From Microcystaceae cyanobacterium (GTDB lineage Bacteria; Cyanobacteriota; Cyanobacteriia; Cyanobacteriales; Microcystaceae), in contig JBGTGT010000043.1 in assembly GCA_041746575.1 (NCBI GenBank), positions 1 to 10,497 on the forward strand: a stretch of 10,497 nt of DNA, read 5' to 3'. Position numbers and translations under genes: made by a program. Shown here piece after piece: positions 1 to 7,422 of the stretch (position 1 is its first letter; each line of letters opens with the position of its first letter). The notes beneath the pieces are model-generated. The model was not told the origin of the DNA, ran no database searches, and saw nothing but the letters and a program-made list of their open reading frames with translations.

Positions 1-810
1 GAAAAAGAGGAAAGAACTTATCATAGTAAACAGTTAGCTAATCTCTTAGAAAAAGAACGAAAAGTTAAATTAACTTCGGGAAGAATCCGTAAGATTCTTA
101 AAAAAAGGGCTGGAAAGGGAAACGAACAAAAGTGAGTACAAGAATTCATCCATCTCCTCAACAAAAAGAAGCCCAAAAAGTAGAGCTAGAAATACTGCGC
201 TTGGCTTCGGCAAGGGAGAGAATAAGGCTAAAATACTGGGATGAAGCAGAGTTTAGTCTCTGGAGTCCAGTCAGTTATACTTATATAAAAGTCAGAAAAC
301 AGAAAGTCATACCACAGAGCAAAAAGAAAGGAAAACGACTAAATATATGAGGAATATATGAACCCAATAAAAGTTTTAATTATGCTTTGTCAATCGGCAG
401 ATTCCAAAAAGAAAAATTTAGTCAAGATTTTGGATAAAGAAGCGGACGAAGCCGAAAAATACAAAAAAAAAGGAATAGATACAGTGATTGTTCTTGATAA
501 TTACTCAGTCCATAAAAGTCGTTTAGTTAAAGCTAAACAGCCAGAATGGGAACAGAAAGGATTATTTCTATTTTTTCTACCAACTTATAGTCCTGAACTA
601 AATTTAATAGAAGCAGGATGGCATCAAATAAAAACGCATAAAATTTCAGGAAGAATGTTTGAAGATGAATCTGATTTAGCTAAGGCAGTTAAACAAAGTC
701 TTGCTCAAAGGAGTTGTTCTAAACAACATCAATTAAGGCAATATCTATTTAGCGCGCTTTGGCTTAAATATAGAGAGCCAAAACAATTTGCTTTTTTAAC
801 GTTTATTTAG
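1..810 (+). pseudogene. IS630-family transposase, disrupted
   Basis: Frame 1 (1-135) reads EKEERTYHSKQLANLLEKERKVKLTSGRIRKILKK (wHTH region). It shifts -1 at the A7 run (100-106) into KKGWKGKRTKV...WDEAEF. An in-frame TGA at 348-350 interrupts RLNI*GIYEPNKSFNYALSIG. A second frameshift near 405-420 enters the frame of ORF 358..810. The ORFs 132..350 and 358..810 are pieces of this one gene. Confidence 0.88.
97..109 (+). other. Probable programmed -1 slippage site of the IS630 transposase (CTT AAA AAA AGG G)
   Basis: A7 run lies at the HTH/DDE junction. A -1 shift gives LKKKGWK.KRT, matching the LKKKG..WKR junction typical of split cyanobacterial IS630 transposases. Confidence 0.6.
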
Positions 811-823
811 GGCTACCTACTTA
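802..823. repeat. Terminal inverted repeat (3' end) of the left IS630, including the TA target
   Basis: Reverse complement TAAGTAGGTAGCCCTAAATAAA matches 10358-10379 TAAGTAGCTAGGCAGAATTAAA at 17/22 positions, ungapped. Confidence 0.7.
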
Positions 824-1535
824 CTGCCGTCTGATCTATCTGGAAGATTCTATCTCATTAGAAGCAATTGTTCCAATTACCTTTTCAAATTCCCACGCCA
901 AAGATTAGCTCGAGTCTATCCTAAACGGACTGTTTTTACCAGTTTCTTTTTTAGGGGGCACGTTACAAACCCAAAATAGTGTTAATCAACAAGCGATTCA
1001 AATTGTTTTAAAAGTTCCATTAATTCCCAATATATTGGGTTAACCCGTGTGAATTGGGTGCTATTCTCCAGTTATACAACTGGCATTCACTCCCCTTGCT
1101 TTTTTAGCAGGGTTAGCGGTTTGTCACCGAAGCGATGAAAGTATTCCGCTACTTACCGATGATTTAACGCAAATTCAATCGGCGAAATGGATACTATGGA
1201 TTGGTCAAAAAACTCAGATCATCCCCAAGGGAATTAAAGTTAAAATTGATTGGTCGATTACCCCACACCAATTACAACAAGCTGTCAAAGCTGTTATGCG
1301 GGGCGAAACTTGGGGTATGGAGCGAGATCCTCAAAAACAACCGGTTCTTTCAGAGCGAAAGTTAGAAATTTTGACGCTTTTGGCTCAGGGGTTACGCGAT
1401 CGTGATATTGCTCATCACTTGATCCTTAGTGAAAGTACGGTCAAATTCCATCTCAATAATGTTATGGCTAAGTTAAAGGCACGAACTCGTGATCAAGCGA
1501 TTCATCAGGCGACGATTGATGACTGGATTGAGTAG
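822..1535 (+). pseudogene. Truncated, decayed LuxR-family (C-terminal HTH) transcriptional regulator, probably the cyanobacterial GAF-LuxR type
   Basis: ORF 1296..1535 has a LuxR HTH (LSERKLEILTLLAQGLRDRDIAHHLILSESTVKFHLNNVMAKL). The same frame stays protein-like back to the IS junction (YCRLIYLEDSISLEAIV...LAFTPLAFLAGL...WILWIG...QLQQAVKAVMRGETWG). It has in-frame stops at 906-908, 1041-1043 and 1050-1052. Confidence 0.8.
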
Positions 1536-1607
1536 GGGTTTTGTTGCCAGAAATTTTTAGAGATAGAACTTCTCGTCGATTATGATGTTAATTTTGTCAG
1601 GCTTTTA

Positions 1608-1616
1608 GGGCAAACT
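1608..1616 (+). promoter_or_regulatory. Possible J-box-like (SigJ/SigF-type) -10 element upstream of the PatA-family gene
   Basis: GGGCAAACT is a 7/9 match to GGGAATACT and ends 32 bp before the ATG at 1649. Confidence 0.35.
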
Positions 1617-1633
1617 AATCTAGAAGACGCTCT

Positions 1634-1639
1634 AGGAGG
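1634..1639 (+). promoter_or_regulatory. Shine-Dalgarno of the PatA-family gene
   Basis: AGGAGG lies 9 nt upstream of ATG 1649. Confidence 0.75.
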
Positions 1640-1648
1640 TTTTACTGT

Positions 1649-2821
1649 ATGCCATCGTCCTATAGTAAGGAAACAAAGGTAACGGTTGACACGCTTATTC
1701 AGAAGTTCGCCGATTCTCGTTCTACAGGTTGTCTATCAATTCGAGGCTCAAAGGTTCAATGGTTTCTCTATTTTCATCAAGGGAGTATCATTTATATTAC
1801 CCATTCGTTAAAACCAGAAGAAAAGTTTGAGAGACATCTTCGCTATGTTAGTCAGCATAATCCGACCTTAAGTAGTGCAACACGAACACAGATTAGAAGT
1901 TTACTCACTCAAAATATTCAGGGGAAATTTTATAATCCAGAATACAGTACTTTAACGTATCTTGTCAATCACTCTTTTTTGGATTTTCAAGAAATTATGA
2001 CCTTTATTTTGCGAAGTTCAGAAGAATGTTTGGAGTCTCTTTTATCCGTTCAAGAAATTGAACATCAGTTTCAAGAAAGTACGGATTTTCCAAAGCCGTT
2101 GGCTCGGTTAGATTCTATAAAACTTTTAAACCAAGTTCGAGAAAAAATTCAAAAATGGCAAGACTTATGGCCAGAAATTGTATCGCCCTATGAGTGTCCT
2201 TATCTGCCCGCAGAAGATAATTTATCAACTCCTTTAGCCAAAGAAATTCGGCAAAAATTTGGTAAGATTTTAATTGGATTAAGTTTTCGTGAATTAGCCA
2301 GTCGTCTCAAACAAGATGAATTAACGTTAGCGAAGAAAATTCGTCCATTGATTCAAAGAGGTTTTGTCAAATTACGCGGTCCCCAAGCCCCTTTTGAACA
2401 GTTACCTTTGCTTTCTTCGGGTTGTCAACTTTCTTCGTCTTCCTCCCCTCCTTCACCTGATAAAACGATTATCTGTGTTGATGATAGTCCTAGCGTATTA
2501 AAAATAATTAAAAACTATTTAAGCGATCCTCAGATTGACGTTCATCTGATCACAGAATCACCCAAAGCATTAATAGAGATTATTAATTGTAAACCTGATT
2601 TAGTTTTATTAGATGTGAATATGCCCAATTTAGATGGCTATCAATTATGTAAATATATTCGGAATAATACAGATCTCAGTCAAACTCCGATTATTATGGT
2701 GACAGGAAAATCAGGATGGATTGATCGAGCAAAAGCTAAAGTTTCCGGTGCAACGGATTATCTTGTTAAACCTTTTAGTCAAGATGAATTGGTTCAGCTC
2801 GTTTCTAAGTATATATTCTAA
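1649..2821 (+). CDS. PatA-family response regulator (N-terminal PATAN/DUF4388-like domain + C-terminal receiver), PixG/TaxP-like
   Basis: 390 aa. The N-terminus STGCLSIRGSKVQWFLYFHQGSIIY is PATAN-like, followed by a Ser/Pro linker. The REC domain has ICVDDS, LVLLDVNMP, IMVT and YLVKPF. It is the first gene of a cheY-cheW-MCP-cheA cluster. Confidence 0.92.
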   Translation: MPSSYSKETKVTVDTLIQKFADSRSTGCLSIRGSKVQWFLYFHQGSIIYITHSLKPEEKFERHLRYVSQHNPTLSSATRTQIRSLLTQNIQGKFYNPEYSTLTYLVNHSFLDFQEIMTFILRSSEECLESLLSVQEIEHQFQESTDFPKPLARLDSIKLLNQVREKIQKWQDLWPEIVSPYECPYLPAEDNLSTPLAKEIRQKFGKILIGLSFRELASRLKQDELTLAKKIRPLIQRGFVKLRGPQAPFEQLPLLSSGCQLSSSSSPPSPDKTIICVDDSPSVLKIIKNYLSDPQIDVHLITESPKALIEIINCKPDLVLLDVNMPNLDGYQLCKYIRNNTDLSQTPIIMVTGKSGWIDRAKAKVSGATDYLVKPFSQDELVQLVSKYIF

Positions 2822-2870
2822 ATAAAATCTGAATTAAATTGTCCTGACCTTCTATTTTTTCTTAATTTTT

Positions 2871-2879
2871 GGGAATACT
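2871..2879 (+). promoter_or_regulatory. J-box (GGGAATACT) sigma-factor motif upstream of cheY
   Basis: Exact match to the GGGaAtacT consensus described for Nostoc punctiforme SigJ motility promoters. It is intergenic, correctly oriented and 46 bp before ATG 2926. Confidence 0.55.
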
Positions 2880-2925
2880 ATTTATATTAAACCCTTGCTC
2901 CCTTATTTTCAAGGAATGAAAAACA

Positions 2926-3291
2926 ATGATGCCTACTATTCTTGTTGTCGAAGATACCCCATCCGCTCAACAACTCCTTAATCAGTATCTCCAAGAGTCG
3001 GGTTACAATGTCATTAATGCTAATAATGGCAAAGAAGCTTTAGACAAAGTCAATCAGCAAAAACCAGACGTTGTCATTACCGATTTAGTAATGCCCGGTA
3101 TGAGTGGTTTAGAGTTATGTCGAAGCCTAAAAAAAGACCCTAACACTAAAAAACTTCCCGTGATTGCTTGTACCTCAAAAGATCAAGAATTGGATCGCTT
3201 ATGGGGGATGAAACAAGGAATTGATATTTATATCACGAAACCCTACAGTAAAGAAGAAATTATTCGTGCTGTACGCTCCGTCTCAGGTTAG
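2926..3291 (+). CDS. cheY: Single-domain CheY-like response regulator (PixH/PilH-like)
   Basis: 121 aa REC domain: ILVVEDT, VITDLVMPGMSG, IACTSK, DRLWGMKQG, YITKPY. Confidence 0.95.
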   Translation: MMPTILVVEDTPSAQQLLNQYLQESGYNVINANNGKEALDKVNQQKPDVVITDLVMPGMSGLELCRSLKKDPNTKKLPVIACTSKDQELDRLWGMKQGIDIYITKPYSKEEIIRAVRSVSG

Positions 3292-3418
3292 ATCTTTGAG
3301 TCATTAATAGTTGATTTGTCTCGTTCAATAAACTGTTAATCCCTGAAAAAATTTTATTGCTTAAATTGTATTTTTAAGCATTGATTTAACCTTATCAAAT
3401 TTAACCTATTTTCTTGCA

Positions 3419-3910
3419 ATGACACAAGCCTTAGCTGTAGAAAATGCTTCTACGTTTAATCAAGTCAAAGATGCTTATCTGAATCTTCAATTAGATGCTC
3501 AAGCTCAAATTCTTTTACCCATGACTCAAATTCAAGAAGTGGTTGAAGTCAGTTTAGAAAGGCTGACACCGATTCCCAATATGCCCTCATATGTGTTGGG
3601 ATTATTAAATCAACGTAGCCAAGTCATTTGGACAATTGATTTAGCAGCTTTTTTGAATTTTACACCTCTTAATCTTGAGCAAACCAGTTATACCATTACG
3701 ATTATTCGAGGCGGAAAAACTGCCATTGGATTAGCCACCGAAAAAATGAAGGGAATTATTCGTGCTTTTCCTGACAATATTCAATCCCCCGTTGGCGCAG
3801 TTGCACCTTCTATTGTTCCTTATCTTCGGGGCTGTTTATTTCATCCTCCTGAAACGATTTTTTTTGTTTTAGATCCCCAATCTATTTTATCAGTGAGCCG
3901 TTATCAGTGA
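3419..3910 (+). CDS. cheW: CheW-like coupling protein (PixI/PilI-like)
   Basis: 163 aa with LTPIPNMPSYVLGLLNQRSQVIWTIDL and PYLRGC...VLDPQSIL. It lies between cheY and the MCP. Confidence 0.94.
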   Translation: MTQALAVENASTFNQVKDAYLNLQLDAQAQILLPMTQIQEVVEVSLERLTPIPNMPSYVLGLLNQRSQVIWTIDLAAFLNFTPLNLEQTSYTITIIRGGKTAIGLATEKMKGIIRAFPDNIQSPVGAVAPSIVPYLRGCLFHPPETIFFVLDPQSILSVSRYQ

Positions 3911-3914
3911 GCCG
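3887..3914 (+). repeat. Perfect 14-bp tandem duplication (TTATCAGTGAGCCG x2) spanning the cheW stop
   Basis: Copies at 3887-3900 and 3901-3914; the TGA at 3908-3910 is in the second copy. Confidence 0.9.
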
Positions 3915-4004
3915 CTTTTTAGCTAACAGTTATTCTTTCTTACTTCTAGACTCCTGTAACACCTGAATTTCTAACCCTTATCAATGCTCGGAGAAATACA
4001 TCTC

Positions 4005-5009
4005 ATGACAGAACACTTTCCTCAAAATGGCTCCACTAATCAGCAAGTATCTGACTCAGAATTAACCGCTATTTCTGTGTCAGAAATTGAACCGTCTCCG
4101 CTTATTATCGAATCAGAAATTAAACCCTTTGAAGATGTTAATTCATCTCACAATACGCCAGTTGATGTCGAAGACACGTCATCTTCTCCTTTAATGCAAT
4201 GGTTTTCTAACCTTCCTGTTAATCGTAAACAAGTCACCACTTTGGTAACATCGGAAATCATTTCAGTTATTGGAATTGCCGGAATAGGAGTATTTCTAAT
4301 TTGGACAACGGGCCATAATCAATTAACGAACCAATCTAAATCAGAGGTAGCCGTTACTGAATTAAACTACATGACAAAAATTAATCAGATGGGCTTTGGT
4401 TTTCGCGGTCAATCAGATAATGTGGCCATTATTAATATCGCTCGTCTTTATAAAAATAAGGAAGTGATTCCTGTTGGATTGCGGCAACAAGTTAAGCAAA
4501 TTTTATTAGGAGAAACCATCGCTCGAAAAATTGAATATGCTACCCTAGTTGGTACAGATGGTAAAATTATTGCTAATGCTAATGCCAGTCGTATTGGTGT
4601 TTCTTTTGATCCAGGTGGTTTAGTCAGTAAAGTTCTAGATACGGGTTATCAATATAAATCCAGTGCTATCGTTTCTCAGGAAGAACTCAAAAAAGAAAAT
4701 CCTCTGTTACCTGATGGATTTGAAGGGAAAGAAGCCCTAATTCGCTACACCGCTACTCCTGTCAAAAATCCTGCGAATAAAAGCATTATTGGCGTTCTCA
4801 TTTCAGGTGATATTGTTAATCATAAACTGCCCATTCCTCAGGCAACCCTTAAGAGTTTTGATGGGGGATACAGTGCCATCTATTTCCGTAAGTCTGATGG
4901 TTCATTTGAGCAAGCGACTTCTTTACAGCAAACTGCCGATGAACAACTTCCTAATGTTTCTTTTCCTAGCCTTTCATTGCTTCAATCTGCGCTGGATAAT
5001 CAATCCTAG
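4005..5009 (+). CDS. N-terminal fragment of the split receptor: acidic cytoplasmic tail, TM1 and most of a periplasmic Cache-like sensor domain
   Basis: Hydrophobic [16 protein letters not shown] (~4257-4304), then [15 protein letters not shown] and [16 protein letters not shown]. It ends at TAG directly after the AATC duplication. Confidence 0.6.
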   Translation: MTEHFPQNGSTNQQVSDSELTAISVSEIEPSPLIIESEIKPFEDVNSSHNTPVDVEDTSSSPLMQWFSNLPVNRKQVTTLVTSEIISVIGIAGIGVFLIWTTGHNQLTNQSKSEVAVTELNYMTKINQMGFGFRGQSDNVAIINIARLYKNKEVIPVGLRQQVKQILLGETIARKIEYATLVGTDGKIIANANASRIGVSFDPGGLVSKVLDTGYQYKSSAIVSQEELKKENPLLPDGFEGKEALIRYTATPVKNPANKSIIGVLISGDIVNHKLPIPQATLKSFDGGYSAIYFRKSDGSFEQATSLQQTADEQLPNVSFPSLSLLQSALDNQS

Positions 5010-5016
5010 CCAAAAA

Positions 5017-6969
5017 GTGACTCAACAAGGGGTAAAAATTAAGGGTTCTCCCTACACAGTGGCGGCTATGACTTTACCGAATTTATGGCAACAATCTGTA
5101 GATGGGCCAGTTCCGATGGAGCAAAAAGAGCCCCCCGTGGCAATTTTAGTCCGAGGAACACCAGAAACAGGTTTAAATGCCCTTTTAAGAAATATGCTCC
5201 TTTTACAATTAGGTGCAGTCGGCCTTGCTTTATTAGCAGATGTTTTCCTTGTGAGATTATTAGGAAAAGCCATTGTCAAACCCATTGAACGACTCAAAGC
5301 GATAACGGAACAATTTGCCAAGGGCGATCGCCAAATTCGCGCTACAGTAACATCAAACGATGAAATTGGTCAACTTTCGGCGACTTTCAATGATTTAGCG
5401 GATAATATTACCCAAGCTGAACGACAACAAATCGCTGAAGCGCAACGAAAACAATGGTTCGCCGATATTGGGAAAGCACGGGAAGTCCATGAATTAACCA
5501 CTCCCTTTGAGGCATTATTAACAGAAGTACAGGAAAAAATACAGGCAGACCGAGTGGTTATTTACCGTTTTTCAGCCGAAGGGAAAGGATATGTGGCAAG
5601 TGAATCGTTAAGAATCGGTTTTCCTTCTAGTTTAGGCGATTCTTTTGAAGACTCTTGTATCAGCGAGGAAATTCTAGAAGGTTATCGACAGGGCAATATT
5701 GTCGTTAATGACAACGTAAATCACAAGAATTATCATGCTGATCATCTAAAATTACTCAACCGCTTGCAAATTCAGTCAAATGTAATCGTTCCCATCATTC
5801 AAGGAGAAGAAATCTTTGGCCTACTCATTGCTCATCATTGTCAAGCCACCCACCATTGGCAACCTGAAGAAATTACCGATTTGCAACAGTTGGCTACTCC
5901 CCTAGCGCAAGCTTTAGTAGGATTGGGCTTATTAGAACGAAAACAAGCGGATGCAGAGCGAATTGAGCAACAAAACCAACAATTACAGCTGGCATTGCTC
6001 CAATTGCTCTCGGATGTGGAAGGTGCAGCCAGCGGTAACTTAACCGTGCGTGCGGAGATTAGTGAGGGACAAATTGGCATTGTAGCCGACTTTTTTAACG
6101 CTATTATCGAAAATTTACGAGATATTGTAACTCAGGTTAAACAAACCACTGCTCAAGTGAACGCCTCCTTGGATAAAGATGAAACAGAAGTCGCTCAATT
6201 AGCCAAAGAATCTCAGAAACAAGCGAAGAAAATTCAACGGATGCTGACTTTCATTGAAGATATGGCAGCTTCTATTGAAACTGTAGCAAATAATGCCGGA
6301 ACAGCAGCGCAAACGGCTCGAAATGCTTCGCAAAAAGCAACTGATGGTGCGACGGCGATGGCTCAAACGGTTGATAGTATTGATAATCTACGAGAAACCG
6401 TTGCGATTACAGCGAAAAAGGTCAAACGGTTAGGGGAAATCTCTCAGCAAATTTCTAAGGTTATCTCTTTAATTAACGAAATTGCCTTGAAAACCAATCT
6501 TCTTGCGGTAAATGCGAGTATTGAGGCTGCCAGAGCAGGAGAAGAAGGACGAGGCTTTGCGGTAGTTGCTGAAGAAGTGGGACAATTGGCGGCACAATCC
6601 ACCACCGCAACCAAGGAAATCGAACAAATTGTTTCTGCCATTCAACAAGAAACCTTGGAAGTGGTTGAAGCAATGGAAATGGGAACAACCCAAGTGGTGG
6701 AAGGGACTCGATTGCTAGAGCAAGCCAAACGCAGTTTAGGAGAAATTGTGACTGAATCCCAAGAAATTGACCAATTGGTACAGTCTATCTCTGAATCGAC
6801 TACTTCTCAAACCAAAACCTCCGAAATGGTGAGTAATTTTATGAAAGATATTGCCAAAGTGTCTGATGATTACTCAGATGCGTCTCGACAAGTTTCTGAA
6901 TCCCTCAAAGAAACAGTGGCGATCGCCCTTACTCTCCAAAAATCGGTAGGAACTTTCAAAGTTGACTAA
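5017..6969 (+). CDS. C-terminal fragment of the split receptor: TM2, HAMP, GAF and methyl-accepting signalling domain (start uncertain: GTG 5017, ATG 5068, 5116 or 5194)
   Basis: TM2 [32 protein letters not shown]...[25 protein letters not shown]...EDSCIS...[16 protein letters not shown]; hairpin tip [32 protein letters not shown]. Confidence 0.65.
   Translation: MTQQGVKIKGSPYTVAAMTLPNLWQQSVDGPVPMEQKEPPVAILVRGTPETGLNALLRNMLLLQLGAVGLALLADVFLVRLLGKAIVKPIERLKAITEQFAKGDRQIRATVTSNDEIGQLSATFNDLADNITQAERQQIAEAQRKQWFADIGKAREVHELTTPFEALLTEVQEKIQADRVVIYRFSAEGKGYVASESLRIGFPSSLGDSFEDSCISEEILEGYRQGNIVVNDNVNHKNYHADHLKLLNRLQIQSNVIVPIIQGEEIFGLLIAHHCQATHHWQPEEITDLQQLATPLAQALVGLGLLERKQADAERIEQQNQQLQLALLQLLSDVEGAASGNLTVRAEISEGQIGIVADFFNAIIENLRDIVTQVKQTTAQVNASLDKDETEVAQLAKESQKQAKKIQRMLTFIEDMAASIETVANNAGTAAQTARNASQKATDGATAMAQTVDSIDNLRETVAITAKKVKRLGEISQQISKVISLINEIALKTNLLAVNASIEAARAGEEGRGFAVVAEEVGQLAAQSTTATKEIEQIVSAIQQETLEVVEAMEMGTTQVVEGTRLLEQAKRSLGEIVTESQEIDQLVQSISESTTSQTKTSEMVSNFMKDIAKVSDDYSDASRQVSESLKETVAIALTLQKSVGTFKVD
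5324..5331. repeat. HIP1 palindrome GCGATCGC
   Basis: Exact octamer, extended to GGCGATCGCC. Confidence 0.85.
6919..6926. repeat. HIP1 palindrome GCGATCGC
   Basis: Exact octamer, extended to GGCGATCGCC. Confidence 0.85.
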
Positions 6970-6992
6970 AGTTTCATCACTATCATTCTCTT

Positions 6993-6998
6993 AGGAGG
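6993..6998 (+). promoter_or_regulatory. Shine-Dalgarno of the ferredoxin gene
   Basis: AGGAGG lies 8 nt upstream of ATG 7007. Confidence 0.8.
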
Positions 6999-7006
6999 AA
7001 TTTACC

Positions 7007-7321
7007 ATGTCTCAATCTATCAGAACCTATCGCGTAACGTTGATTAACGAAGCTACCGGTACCAAAAACACCATTAAGGTGAAAGAAGATGAATATATCT
7101 ATGAAGCGGCGGAAATGCAGGGAATTAATCTACCTGTTTCCTGTCATGCAGGTGCCTGTATCAGTTGTGCGGCCAAAATCATCGAAGGAAGCGTTGATCA
7201 AGATCATAGTTTTTTAAAACTAAAAGAGCTAGATGCTGGATTTTTGTTGACTTGTCGTGCGTATCCTCAATCTAATTGTGTGATTCTCACCCACCAAGAA
7301 GAAGCCTTACTTGATCTTTAG
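7007..7321 (+). CDS. Plant-type [2Fe-2S] ferredoxin (divergent PetF-like paralogue)
   Basis: 104 aa with C-x4-C-x2-C...C ([13 protein letters not shown]...[21 protein letters not shown]) and a strong RBS. Confidence 0.95.
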   Translation: MSQSIRTYRVTLINEATGTKNTIKVKEDEYIYEAAEMQGINLPVSCHAGACISCAAKIIEGSVDQDHSFLKLKELDAGFLLTCRAYPQSNCVILTHQEEALLDL

Positions 7322-7340
7322 TCATTTGTCAAGTTCAAAC

Positions 7341-7410
7341 AGGTGTTAGGTTCTAGGTTGTTAAAAATTTAATTTCAACCTCGAAACCTTGCACCTCATA
7401 CCTCATACCT
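7341..7410. repeat. Inverted pair of degenerate heptamer (STRR-like) repeats forming an imperfect hairpin between the ferredoxin gene and cheA
   Basis: AGGTGTT AGGTTCT AGGTTG (7341-7360) pairs imperfectly with CAACCTCGAAACCTTGCACCT (7376-7396), which continues as CATACCT CATACCT. Confidence 0.65.
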
Positions 7411-7422
7411 AAACTAATTGCC

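Larger units (their letters stand above)
1..823 (+). mobile_element. IS630-family insertion sequence, degenerate; 5' end lies outside the window
   Basis: Transposase fragments carry IS630 DDE motifs (KYWDEAEFS, IVLDNYSVHKS, FLPTYSPELNLIE). The element ends in ...CTACCTACTTA at 823, which resembles the terminus of the second IS630 at 10358 and ends in the TA target dinucleotide. Confidence 0.9.
3984..6969 (+). pseudogene. Frameshifted methyl-accepting chemotaxis/phototaxis receptor (TM1 - periplasmic Cache-like - TM2 - HAMP - CBCR-type GAF - HAMP - MA), PixJ/TaxD-like
   Basis: Removing one AATC copy at 4998-5005 fuses ORF 3984..5009 with the frame of 4789..6969 (...[14 protein letters not shown]...). 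The fused ORF is 993 aa, or 986 aa from ATG 4005, which has GGAG at 3990-3993. TM1 is in the first ORF; TM2, HAMP, GAF and MA are in the second. Confidence 0.85.

Noticed and set aside
132..810. ORFs 132..350 and 358..810 as independent genes
   Set aside because: They are fragments of one disrupted IS630 transposase, and their called starts are artefacts of the lesions.
3292..3418. AT-rich inverted repeats (TGCTTAAA...TTTAAGCA, 3358-3380; ATTAATAGTT...AACTGTTAAT) and direct repeat ATTTAACCT x2 in the cheY-cheW gap as terminator, operator or sRNA
   Set aside because: Short and almost all A/T in a very AT-rich gap, with no GC stem or U-tract; not distinguishable from chance by eye.
4789..5001. 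TTG start and first ~70 aa of the 726-aa ORF ([10 protein letters not shown]...)
   Set aside because: This is an out-of-frame shadow of the real coding frame (3984..5009). Receptor-like sequence in this frame begins only after the AATC duplication.
5052..6693. Short ORFs 5052..5321(-), 5085..5288(+), 5841..6080(-), 6444..6641(-), 6469..6693(-), 6473..6688(-)
   Set aside because: All lie inside the MCP coding region and show no recognisable motifs; they are antisense or alternate-frame shadows.
7007..7321. Naming the ferredoxin petF or fdxH
   Set aside because: It lacks the PetF CRAGACSTC loop and DDD patch, shares only the His with FdxH, and has no nif context.
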